A stretch of 64,000 nucleotides of DNA. Source: Camelus ferus. Its lineage: Eukaryota. Under the pieces are notes generated by a model. The model was not told the DNA's origin and did not search any database. It saw nothing but the letters and a program-made list of their open reading frames with translations. The stretch spans positions 19,406,001 to 19,470,000 of the forward strand of contig NC_045705.1 in NCBI RefSeq assembly GCF_009834535.1, in the 5' to 3' direction. The position numbers were made by a program, and so were the translations under genes. Positions 23,796-34,900 of the stretch are shown here, in pieces; position 1 is the stretch's first letter, and each line of letters starts with the position of its first letter.

Positions 23796-24677
23796 GCAGA
23801 GCTGTGGAAAAGGACCCAGGAAGCTAGACTCACTCTGGATGACGGAGCTCAAGGAAAACCATGCTTCTTCTAAAAGGGAAATACTGTGCACCTTTGGCTG
23901 ACTGAGGAATTTAAGATTGACTCCAGAATTTTTAAGAAAGCAGGAAGTTAAAACTCAAGTCTGAAGCTCTTTTCCCTGAGCCAAGAAGCTTAGCTCGGTC
24001 TCTCCCCACTCACTGCCAGCCTGGGCTGGGGAGATGCAGAGNNNNNNNNNNNNNNNNNNNNNNNNNNNNNNNNNNNNNNNNNNNNNNNNNNNNNNNNNNN
24101 NNNNNNNNNNNNNNNNNNNNNNNNNNNNNNNNNNNNNNNNNNNNNNNNNNNNNNNNNNNNNNNNNNNNNNNNNNNNNNNNNTGCTCCTGCAGGCCCGGGT
24201 CTGGCTGGGAGGCCGCACAGTGGGGAGGATGAGGTCATGGTGACAAATGTGAGAAGGGGGAGGGCTCCAGAGTGCAGTAAATGTGCCCAGGGGCCAGCAG
24301 CCGGGAGTCCAGAGCTCAGCCTGCATCCGAGGCTCCATCCCTCGTTCTGCCACTGCTCTGCTGGGTTTTTGGATTTCAGTCTCTCCGACTAGAAGATGGG
24401 GAACACAGCTGCTGTCTTCTTTGCTTTGTAAGGTTGCTGTCAGGAACCTAGGCTAGGTTTAGGAATGTCCAGAAAGTGAACAGAGTTACTAAAGAAAAAG
24501 GGGTTTGNNNNNNNNNNNNNNNNNNNNNNNNNNNNNNNNNNNNNNNNNNNNNNNNNNNNNNNNNNNNNNNNNNNNNNNNNNNNNNNNNNNNNNNNNNNNN
24601 NNNNNNNNNNNNNNNNNNNNNNNNNNNNNNNNNNNNNNNNNNNNNNNNNNNNNNNNNNNNNNNNNNNNNNNNNNNNN

Positions 24678-24885
24678 GATAATAAGGTGTCAATGTTGGT
24701 TCATTGATTGAAACAAGTGCACCACCCTGGTGCGGGATCCTGTTGATGGGAGAGGCTGTGGGAGTACTGTGGGTGGGATGCGAGGGGCTATGTGCAAAAT
24801 CTCTCTGCTTTCTGCTCAATTTTGCTGTGAACCTAAAATTGTTTTAAAAATTTTAAATCTAAAGTCTATTAATTTTCTTTTTAAA
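24678..24885 (+). mobile_element. L1MB/MC-type 3' end
   Basis: caatgttggttcattgattgaaacaagtgcaccaccctggtgc...ctgctcaattttgctgtgaacctaaaa. Confidence 0.8.
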
Positions 24886-25339
24886 AGAAAGATAGTAAAA
24901 GAGGTTGACCTTGGGAGTAATATTGAAACTTGGGGACTGAGTAAAGAGTTGCTGCACAGCTGTTGAAAAGAAATCAACCGTGTGTATTCATCATCTGGTC
25001 CAAAAGCCAACTACTCTCTAGGGCTATAAAGACAGGTAATCAGACACTAGGTAAACAGTGATTATTTATCAAAGTAAATGTAGTAAAAGAGATTGAGACC
25101 CCAAACACCTATGTAACATAAAATTGCTCACATCTTGGTGTGGAGTGGTTCATCTGATGGAGATGGTAGTTTGAACTGGAACGGAAAGAAGAAATAAATT
25201 AAAACATGGCTGCCATGTTACCTGAGTCACAATGGAACCTAGGAAACGAGGCAGGGATTCAATAGAATTTCTTTGCTGTACATCCTGTGTGTATTTTTGT
25301 TTTAAAAATAGATCATGACATTCATAGTCATATTATATG

Positions 25340-25480
25340 TAATGGGTTAGGGGACCAGTATGAGGTCTAAGGCTGGTCCTGGCTTTGCCACCAAGTGGCT
25401 GTGTGAGTCTGGCATGTGACATCCCTCGAGGGGTCTTAGTTTCCCCGTGGTTACTATAGGCATTGAATAAGAGGATTTAT
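25340..25480 (+). mobile_element. MIR fragment
   Basis: cctggctttgccaccaagtggctgtgtgagtctggc. Confidence 0.55.
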
Positions 25481-28400
25481 AACAATCATTCTGCTCTTTG
25501 ATATTATCCTAGGTCTAAGCAGAATATATGCATTTTTGATTGAAAAGCATGAAGATGGAAAAACCTTACTTCAGACTGGTCAAAATTGACAGCAGATGAG
25601 GTCAAACTGTGTACCATGTTCTGCAGAATGCGGCAAAGGGAAAAAGGGTCACTGTGTTCTGATCATACACCGGGGTAAGGTTAAGTAGATTTCTTGACTT
25701 CAGGACTTTTCAGGACTTCTCAGGACCTTTAATATGCTCATGGGTAGCGAGATTCTCCAAGTGGGTGGTCCAGTTGCTGCTTTTCCCAAACAGAGTTGTT
25801 ACCAAAATTTATTTCTGTTTGAAGAGCATCTTGTTGGAAGGACTAATGTGTTGTGAGCCACTCTTAGGGAAATGCTGACCTGGAGGCAGCATGAGGAGTT
25901 TTGGGGGCCCAGTTGTCTCCCCAGTTTTTGGCTTCCCCCTGGGTTTTGGCTTCCCCCTGGATGGGTTTTTATACTCAGCAAAAAGCCGAATCCTGCTTTA
26001 CTTTGCACAGGTGCAACTCCCCACGGCCCCAGCTCTCCAGCTGCCCCATGTAGACTGTTTGGTTCTGGGGCTATCGTGACCTGCAAATTCCCTCTCTTGC
26101 TCAAGTGCATGGACCCAGAACATGCTCCCGCTGGAGGGACAATGTTGACCGAGACCCCCCAGCAGTATGGCGACCTCTATGGGAGCTGGCAGCACCTCAC
26201 AGAGGGCAGAATTTGGCTCTGCACTTGTACAATCAGTTGTAAATTCTGCTGAGCTCTATGGATCCATCTGGATGAAAAGGTCTGTATAAATGCAAGATCA
26301 TTATCATTATCAGCTGTCCCAGTTGGAGCCCAGCAATTCGCAAGCCCACAATCAATGGGGCTTTTCCAACAAGCCCATTCTACCCAGCTTGACAAAGGTG
26401 TAATTACATGGAGCTGCTCATCCTCTGGAGACACAGAGGGCATGTCTGTCCCTATGTCTGTCCCCATGTCTGTCCCCAGTGTGATGGAGAAAGGAAACTC
26501 CCAGGCCTCTCATTAGGCACATGGACAGAGGTGCCCTCTAGGCCCTGCCCAGGTCAAGGACAAGTAAGAAACTGCATCCCATGCCCCACTCCCTCCAAAC
26601 TTTGTGCCAGTAGACATGAGGGGGTAGCATTGCTTCTGCCCCTGTGTGGCTCAGGGGCTCTCAGGAGGCACTGTGAAGGCTGCATGAGTCCTCTCCTACT
26701 CTTTTCTTTTCCTGATTTCTCCTAGAATCAGGAAAAACTTGAATCAGAGAGTCTTTCTTTCTGAAGCGGCCTGCTCACAGCACACAATGACAAGAGAGTC
26801 TCCTACCTGGACAGCCCTGAGCTGTACAATGTAAGTCCCACCTCATTCTTTCCTCACAAATTTCTGGCACTTCTAGCTGTGTGACTTTGGGGAACTTTAT
26901 TAACCTCTCTGAGCTTTCTAAAATACAGGTGGCAACTCTTATCTGCTTGAATGCAGAGGGCCAGGACCAACTGATTTTTGAGCCCTTTTGCTAATCAGGA
27001 GAGAAGGATCTTTTATTCTAACTCAAAGACTTACGTTACCATAGGAGGGAAAATGAAGAGACAGACTTCATGTTTTAAAAAATGATTCCTTCTGTTTCTT
27101 ACATCTGAAATGGAAGACTGGAAGTCATTCAAGGGACTCAAAGGCCAACTCAGAGGCACAGAACCTTAGTAAGAGTCAGGTTTGGGAAGTTCACCAAGCC
27201 TGATTTCTCTGCTTCACACTTGTCTGACCACAGTCTCCCGTCGGCCCCCTGGGCCTGTGTCCTCACAGATGCGGGAGGGGGTACTGAGCGTGTGGTCCTC
27301 CCAGTGGCCTGCCTTGCCCGAAGCTCTGCTGCCGGGACCTGTAATGAGGCAAGAGGCTTTTTCCCATCTCCAAATATGCCTCACAAACAATGGCTGAGTC
27401 ATGCCCCCATCCCATCCCCTTTGCCCCACCCCCACCCCGATTCTCTTGAGAAAATTGCCAGGGAGCTGCCGAGAAGAGAGATGTGGCTAGAAAGGGAACC
27501 GAATGGGCGGGCAGCGAGGGCGGAACACCCCCTCCCCCCCAGCTCAAGGGACACAAAGTCCAGGCCCCTTTCACCCTCCCAACAGCCGCTTCTGTCCTAG
27601 GGCACGGGAGTGTCCCAAGACAATGGCTCCTTCACTTGGGGTCATTTTTAACTTTTAAAAATGGCCTCTGTGCCCCGGCAGGGTGAGACTTTGACCTTTT
27701 GGTGTGAGGGAAGTGGCCATTCTGAGGCTATGCTTAACACACACACAAAATTTTCCTCTGTGACCTTGGGCCACGTCTCTGATAAATAGACTGGCTGGTG
27801 AGGAGTCCAGGCCCCTGACCTCCCAGGTGGCCAGAGTCCTCTGCAGACCATGGCTGACTGGACGTTCACAAGCACCAAGGGATGCCCTTGGCTGTGTCTG
27901 GGTCAGCAGAGTCCAGACAAGAGCAAAGAGCACCTCAGTCCCAGATCTGGTACCATCTGCAGTGCTGGTGGCAAAAACGTCCTGGGCAGACACAGACTTC
28001 CCCCAAATCTGTCTCAGTTTGGGGTGGTGAGAACTGGTATGTCTCTGGGTTATAACTGAGGACCAGGGTCCCCATCCAGCCAGCAGACTCGCTGGGGTCC
28101 AGTCTTCAGGACTCTGTTTTCAGCCTCCTTGTAGTAAAAGAGCACGTCTTGGTGGGCATTGTTCCTTTATCAGTGCATGTGGTCACATTGATGAAGTCTG
28201 AGTATATAATTCTTTACGAGTCTAGTAATAAAAAAAATTAAGACTCTACCTTCTGTCATTCTTAAAAATGAGCCTGATTTATCCCATTCTTTAGGCCTTT
28301 ATGTCTCTGTCTGGGACCAGGATGTCAGCTCTTTAACCTAGGGGACACTTAGAGTGTGGAGGAGAGCGTATTTAACGCCCCAGACTGCCCTAAAAAAACC

Positions 28401-28689
28401 ATGAAGAAGAAAATAGACGGCCCCCAGTTGATTAGCACATATTTCACAAGCTGTGCTTAGCAAATACTATCCTCATGAGCGCTGCCTTTTACTTGGCAGT
28501 AAACCCTCTCCTCATTCCATTTGTAAACTCGGCGTTCAGGATGTGAAGGATCACGTTGGCTAACTCAACTCGCTTCTGGAAGCCCCTCCACGGTGCTGGC
28601 TTTCATTCATGCCCCAGAGTAAGGGCATGCACAGAGGCCAGGCAGGCGGGGGAGGGAAGGAGTGATGCGTTTTAAGGCTGCTAGACACG

Positions 28690-28860
28690 GGGTAAGATGC
28701 TCACATGTTCTTCTGTTTAAGCCAGTCCTGGAAGTAGGTTTCATTTCCCCGGTTTTGCTGATGAGGAAACTGAGGTTTCGAGTAAAGAACCCCAGAATGA
28801 GGATTAAAGCCTGGACGTTTGGCTTCTCAACCTCTGCTCTTCTGACAACACCAGGTGCCT
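28690..28860 (-). mobile_element. MIR
   Basis: ccggttttgctgatgaggaaactgaggtttc. Confidence 0.65.
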
Positions 28861-29814
28861 TCTCTTTGCCTTGTTGTCTTTTCCTGGTGCCATTGCTTCT
28901 AATCGTGACTCAGATTAGTAGTTTGTTCCCTTCTCCAAAACCTCAGAATTCTGACCTAGTAAATGGAAATAACCCTATTTGTCCTGCTGCCCTTCCTGGG
29001 TTGCTGTGTGAACAACATGAGATAATATATGAGAAGGGGAAATAGAGTCTTTCTCTGCCTTTTCTTAAGGTTTCAAGCCAGTCCTACACAATTCGGTCAA
29101 AGAGAGGAGAGTGGCTCCCAGGTTTGCAGAGAAAATACTACGACAAGGTGCAAGTCTACAGTAACAAGCCAGCCTTTTATTCTCTATATAAGCGCGTCTC
29201 AAGTCATAGGAGCTTTAAAAAGCCAACACCAAGGATGAAATTCTGTGCCCCTGAGACTCTGCGGAGAAGAAAGTAATAGGTATCCGTCACATGTCCTCAA
29301 GCTTCCTCAATTGGATGCAGGAAAGGAACGTGGCTGGCAGGGGCGTGGACGTGTGGATGACGTGGTGGGTGGCGCTGCAGCTTACATGAGTTTTTTTGCT
29401 AGGTTTTTGGAGGCTGGTGGCCTCCGTGACAGTGGGGACGAAATTTTTAAAACAGAAACAGCTTTGAGCCATAGCAGTTAGGGGCAACATACAGGATGTT
29501 TCATAAAATCCATATTTCTGTTCAATATAGGAATTTTCCAGATTGAACCTCAATCTGGAAGCTATTCAATTAACCAAGGAGAGGAAGATGACATGGGACA
29601 GGACCACAGTCCTGCAGAACACAGGGCCGGTAGGCCGGGGCACACCAGGTGCCTGTTAGACGAAGCGGAAAGCCACCAGGGCAAGCGCATAGAGAGAGAA
29701 GCCGCCGGAGAGAGGAGAGAGGGGTGAGGGAGGTGCCGTGGGCATTTCACAGACTGTATGGAAGACGGAGGCTATCGTGGGCATTACTTTTGGCAAAGTC
29801 CATGCCATTTTTTA

Positions 29815-30390
29815 AAATCCTCTTTATTCTGAGAAAATTTCAAATATGCAGAAAAGTTGTAAAAATTTCTAAAGATCTCCCAAGAACATACTCTTTACCC
29901 AGATTCACCAATTCTTCATATTTTGCCTTATTTACTTTATCATTCTCTCCCCCCCGCCTCCTCTCTTGCCATGATTTTCTTGCCCTGAACATTTGAGAGC
30001 AAGTTGCAGGCACAATGCCACTTTACCCCTAAATAGTTTGGTGTGAATTTCCCAAGAACAAGGTCATTTACATAACTGCAGTGCAATTATTAAAATTCAG
30101 ATACTTAGCAAAAGCTTTTATCTAATCAGAGGTAGACAAATTTTTTTTCTGTAAAGGGACAGATAGAAAATATTCTTGGCCTAAAGCCCCTAGGGTCTCT
30201 GTCACAAGTACTCAAACCCTGACTTTGTTGTGCAAAAGTAGCCATAAATAATTCAGAAGTGAACGGACTTAGCTGTGTTCCAATAAAACTTTATTTACAA
30301 AAGTGGGTGCAGGCTGGATTTGGCCTGAGGGGCTGCATTTTGCTGATCTCTGATCTCATCTACAGCCCATATTCACATTCCTCTTGCTGT
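29815..30390 (-). mobile_element. L1MC-like 3' end, interrupted by MER58A
   Basis: aaattttcaaatatgcagaaaagttg...tttacccagattcacca...ccactttacccctaaata; resumes as atctacagcccatattcac. Confidence 0.75.
30127..30352. mobile_element. MER58A hAT-Charlie
   Basis: ttttctgtaaagggacagatag...gctgtgttccaataaaactttatttacaaaa...ggctggatttggcc; TSD atctaatc/atctcatc. Confidence 0.85.
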
Positions 30391-30394
30391 GTGC

Positions 30395-30580
30395 TAAGCA
30401 TGGAGAAAAGTGTCTTTTATCCATTATCTCACTGAATCCTTATAATGACCCAGGGAGGCAGGTTGTACTGTTATCTGTTTTACAGTGAGGGAGGCTGTGG
30501 CTTAGATGTAAGTAAGCTAGTAACGGGCAGTGTCAGGACCTGGACCCAGACTCCATAGCCCATGTTCTTATCTACTGGCC
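30395..30580 (-). mobile_element. MIR
   Basis: cactgaatccttataatgaccc...tttacagtgagggaggctgtggc. Confidence 0.65.
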
Positions 30581-31624
30581 TTCTTTAGCACCATGGCTCG
30601 TCTCTGGACTCCTGCACTGTTCTTTGGATAATCATTTATGCTAACTGAAGTCACGATGGATACCCTATCATGACCTCCTGGCTTTAGTTCTTCCATAAAG
30701 TATGGCTCTCCCCATCACCACAGGTTTCAGTACCCGGGAATGAACTCTTGTTTTGGTTCCCTCTGTCATGTTTTGTTCTTGCCATCTGAGTCACTAGGAA
30801 TTGGCCCCTTTCTCTGAGCCCCAATATGACAGCCTAGCTCTGGAGAGACTTCCTGGTTGACAGTTCACCATCATCTGACTCCTAAAGCACTGTGAACCTG
30901 GATTCACCACTGAGTGATTGAGTCCTGGCAGGTCCCCTCAGAAGCCACTACGTTGATGGTTGTCTAAATCTTCGCAAGCTGCCTATGCCTTTTCTCTATG
31001 GGCTAGAATAACCAGAAAAGGTTTCCTGGGGGAGGTAGAGAATGGGCCTGGAAACATGGTCATCTGAAAAGCATGAGAAAAAAAATCACACACAAGTGGA
31101 GAGATAAATGCTAAAGAGACTGTTTCCAGGAACATAACCCTGCATGGATTTAGCCACACAATGATGACTTGTATCTATAATTTTGGTGGCATCTGTCCTT
31201 CTTGAAGCAATTGGCTTTGTACCACAGCCCACGGAGGAGGCCCAATTTATGAGACACATACAGACAATGGAAGACCGTCCTTTAGATAAACCGTACACAA
31301 GAAGCTGATAAAGAAACACCATCACCCCTTTATTAAGGCAGAGGAGACACTACTAACTAAGAGGTCAACAAAAAAGATCAAGACTTCTAAGGTTTTGTCT
31401 TGTGTTTTAATCTCATTCTCTCTCTCTGTCTGGTCAAATTAGGGCAACTGTTACCTAAATCCTGAGAGGCAGCTAATGGGATAGAAAGACCAGGAGCCAG
31501 ATAGCACTAGGGAAGTTAGTAACTCCTTCACTGGGGAAGACTGAAGCTGTTCCAACTTAGGAATCTGAGGATTTGCAGTTTTGAAAATAGCCAAAGGTGG
31601 CAAGCAAGAACTCATTGGTCATAT

Positions 31625-32240
31625 TGATACAGGAAAAATGGGGTGCGAGAGGATGGCCGTGTCCCAGGTCTCAGGCAAGTAAGTCCCTGGGACATGCCCT
31701 ACCAAGTGAGGGTCCTTGGCTTCAAACAGGAAAGAATTCAAGAGTGAGCCATAGTTGAGCAAAGATAGATTTATTCAGAGAGATGCATACTCCATGGACT
31801 GAGTGTAGGCCATCTCACAGGGCCAGAAAGACCATAAGATGTGGGGGTGGGTATTTAGTTTAAAGTAAAAATAGATACACATTCCATGGATAGAGTGCTG
31901 GCCATCTCCAAAAGCAAGAGAATGGCCGTGAGGTGCATGGTTGTTAGTTTTCACGGGCTGGGTAATTTCACATACTAACCAGTGGGAGGGATATTCCAAC
32001 TACTTTGGGCAAGCGGCTGGGATTCCTGGGAACTGGGCCGTCACTGACTTTTTGACCTTTTATGGTCAGCCTCAGAACCCTCATGGCACCTGCGGGAGTA
32101 CCATTTAGCATGCTATTGGATTACAATGAGCATATGTTGAAGCTCAAGCTCTACTGGGAGTTGAATGTTCCGCCATCTTGGTGCTAATTTCTGTGTTATT
32201 CTTTTAATGGTTGTGCCCTAACCCCTTCCCTCCTGTCTCA
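31625..32240 (-). mobile_element. ERV1-class solo LTR (616 bp)
   Basis: TG...CA ends, terminal inverted repeat TGATACAGGA/TCCTGTCTCA (9/10), 4-bp TSD ATAT (31621-31624; 32241-32244), minus-strand AATAAA near 31770. Confidence 0.9.
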
Positions 32241-32668
32241 ATATTGGCAGGCCATGGGACACTGATGAACTTGCCAGAGTTTTCAAGGAAAACAGTAACC
32301 CTTAGTCATCTGGGTCATTACCATCAAGTCAGGGAGCAATCTGGTCACCTCAGACAATGGGGACTAATCTTTACGACCAAACTTTAACCCAATGAACATA
32401 TGAGTGGCCTAATTTTCAGTGTCTGGGAATGTGGACTCAGGTTGGATTGTAGGTGAATTGGGAGGCTGTCACTCAATTTGTTTTAACTTCATGGTCCCTG
32501 ACTTTGCCAACTGCCTTGAGGTGGGAGTGGAACCCAAGAGAAGTAGCTGGGTTTGCTTAGTGTGCAGAGAGAACCCCAGTCTTCTCCATCCTCTGTCTCC
32601 TACAGGATTCTACACCTGATAGGATGACAGCATTTCTTTGGAGGGAGTAGGGGTCAAGGTGGCGTAGG

Positions 32669-32713
32669 TGGGGTGGGGTGGGGTGGGGTGGGGTGGGGTG
32701 GGGTGGGGTGGGG
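32669..32713 (+). repeat. (TGGGG)9 pentanucleotide repeat, G-quadruplex motif
   Basis: nine perfect G4 tracts separated by single T. Confidence 0.95.
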
Positions 32714-33168
32714 TTTGCTATTTCTTTCCTTTCCATCTCTACCCAGTAACATTAGCTTCCTGTTGGAAGGAAGAAGCTGTTTTTTATTTTGCCTCTTTTC
32801 TCTTAGTCTGAAAGTTTTAAAATTTGTTCAACTTCTGAGAAAAAACTTCAGTTTTTTTTTTTTTAAATTGTTCGATCTGTTCTTAAGATCTAGAATTTCC
32901 ACTGTTTTCCCACCAGAGTTTGTTTGAAAGCTAAGGATAGCAAGCAGGATTCTTAAAGCAAAGTTAGGAATAGCAGAACTAATTTCTTGACTCTCAGGAG
33001 GCCTATGGGCAGCGAGATGCAAATAAAGGCTAAATTGATCCTTGATATGCTAGGAAACCTTCAGCCCAAGGCATGCATCTCTTGGTAGTTTTCTTTGATC
33101 TCCTAGTTCTTTCATTTTGGCTCACTGAAGAATTAATGGCTACCCCAATCTTTCATTCCATCATACTC

Positions 33169-33170
33169 TG

Positions 33171-33208
<38 letters not shown>
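33169..33208 (+). repeat. (TG)~20 microsatellite
   Basis: direct reading. Confidence 0.95.
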
Positions 33209-33211
<3 letters not shown>

Positions 33212-33826
33212 CTCAATCAGTTATGACCTCCTGAGAAGAGAACCTACATCCTTCTTCATTTTTGTGTACCTGGAATGCTGTAGGTGCTCAGAAATTAATT
33301 GTTGGCTGATTAGACTTACATTTTCATACACCTGCTGGAGTTAAAATCTTTTAGAAGGGAATATATGAAATGCAAACTTTCATAAATTCTTTCTTTTTTC
33401 TCTATTTCTTTCTTCCTCTCTTTCTTGTCAGGATTGCCTGTAAGACACCTCATCTAACTCTCTTACAGACCAGCTTGCTTTCCCTGGGAGTCTGGGCTAA
33501 CCTCTCTGATTCCTGTAAAAGGTGAATTCCTTTCTATGAAATTTTCAGAAATATAGCACAGTAAGTAAGTAAAAATTATTTTTAAGATGAAATAACCTTT
33601 AATGTATCTGACATGTCTGCTATTATTACCAGATTGAAAATACACAAATAACAAAATACTGCCCTGAGATGATTTTTTTAAAGCAGAATTCAGTTAAATG
33701 AAGCAGCCCTTTACAGAAGTGGGTTTTCCCTCATCAGTGGATTTTACTTCATACTTTTTTCCAGGTTATTATTTGATACAATGAGAACAAATTTTTGACC
33801 TGGGAGTCAATCTGGATTCTAGAGTC

Positions 33827-33829
<3 letters not shown>

Positions 33830-33876
<47 letters not shown>
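33830..33876 (+). repeat. (TG)~23 microsatellite
   Basis: direct reading. Confidence 0.95.
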
Positions 33877-33878
<2 letters not shown>

Positions 33879-34439
33879 TTTAATTTATGTTAGTGTTACA
33901 GAATTAATCATGCTTGTGCCTTGTCTGAGGCCCAAAGGGTCAGCACATAGGGAAATCACGTCTCCTTTCCCAGAATGGAAGCATCTCATCTAGGGATTAA
34001 GAGTCTGTGACAGATGAAGGAAGTTTATCCCTTTAAGCATGAAAACTTTTCTATTATTTTAATGATCTTAGATGGAAATCTCTTTCAAATACATTACATG
34101 CTTACCCATCTTCCTTGTCTTTTCCCCCATGATTTTTTAAGTCCTTGGGCTGCACATAGGTTGCCTTTTCCCTCCTGGCTCAGGGCAGCGCTGCAGCGGA
34201 GGCGGGCTGTTCTACAAGCAAGCCCTGAGGGTCTTCATTTCTACAGAAACTTCCCTCCTGCCCACAACATGGAAATACCCTTCTTTACTGATTGTAGGAA
34301 TAATAGACACTTGTTGAAATTTTAAAATAATATGGAGATACATGAAGTAGGGAGATAACAATTTGGAATGCATCCTTTCAGAATTTTTAAGTGCATAAAA
34401 GTAGATGCCATTCATTAGCTGTATGTACGGTCTTTGCCA

Positions 34440-34560
34440 AGCTTGTCAACTTTTTGAGCCACTGTTCTAGTCTATAAAATGGGACTAATAGCTACTGTGT
34501 AATAGGGTTGTTGCGAGAGTCAACTGAGCAGAGTGTCTGGTGTATACAGGTGATCAATAA
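34440..34560 (+). mobile_element. MIR fragment
   Basis: ctataaaatgggactaatagctactgtgtaatagggttgttgcgagag. Confidence 0.65.
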
Positions 34561-34659
34561 AAACTCATTCTCTCCCCCAATCTTTCTTTTGGTAAATAGG
34601 TTTAGGGGATTGTGTGGTTTTAAATATTAGTTCCAAGGGCTCTTCTTCCACTGCTATCA

Positions 34660-34900
34660 GCGAACATTTATTGAGATGTGACCATGTGTAGTAATGACAA
34701 CGTGAGTAAGTATTTCCCACTGCCAAGTCTACTTTAATCCTTACAGTTCCTCGAACTGTATATACTATTGCCTCTCTAGTTTACAGATGAAGAAACTCAG
34801 GCTCAGAGAGGCAAAATAGGGTGCCCAGGGGCACATAGCTAGAGCCAGAGCATGAGAACCAGGACTCATAAGAAGGAAGTCTGACACCAGCTCCCATGTG
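34660..34900 (-). mobile_element. MIR
   Basis: gaacatttattgag...tttacagatgaagaaactcaggctcagagagg...cccaggggcacatagctag. Confidence 0.8.

Noticed and set aside
31102-31311. Three WGATAA sites in 210 bp
   Set aside because: About one such cluster is expected by chance somewhere in the window.
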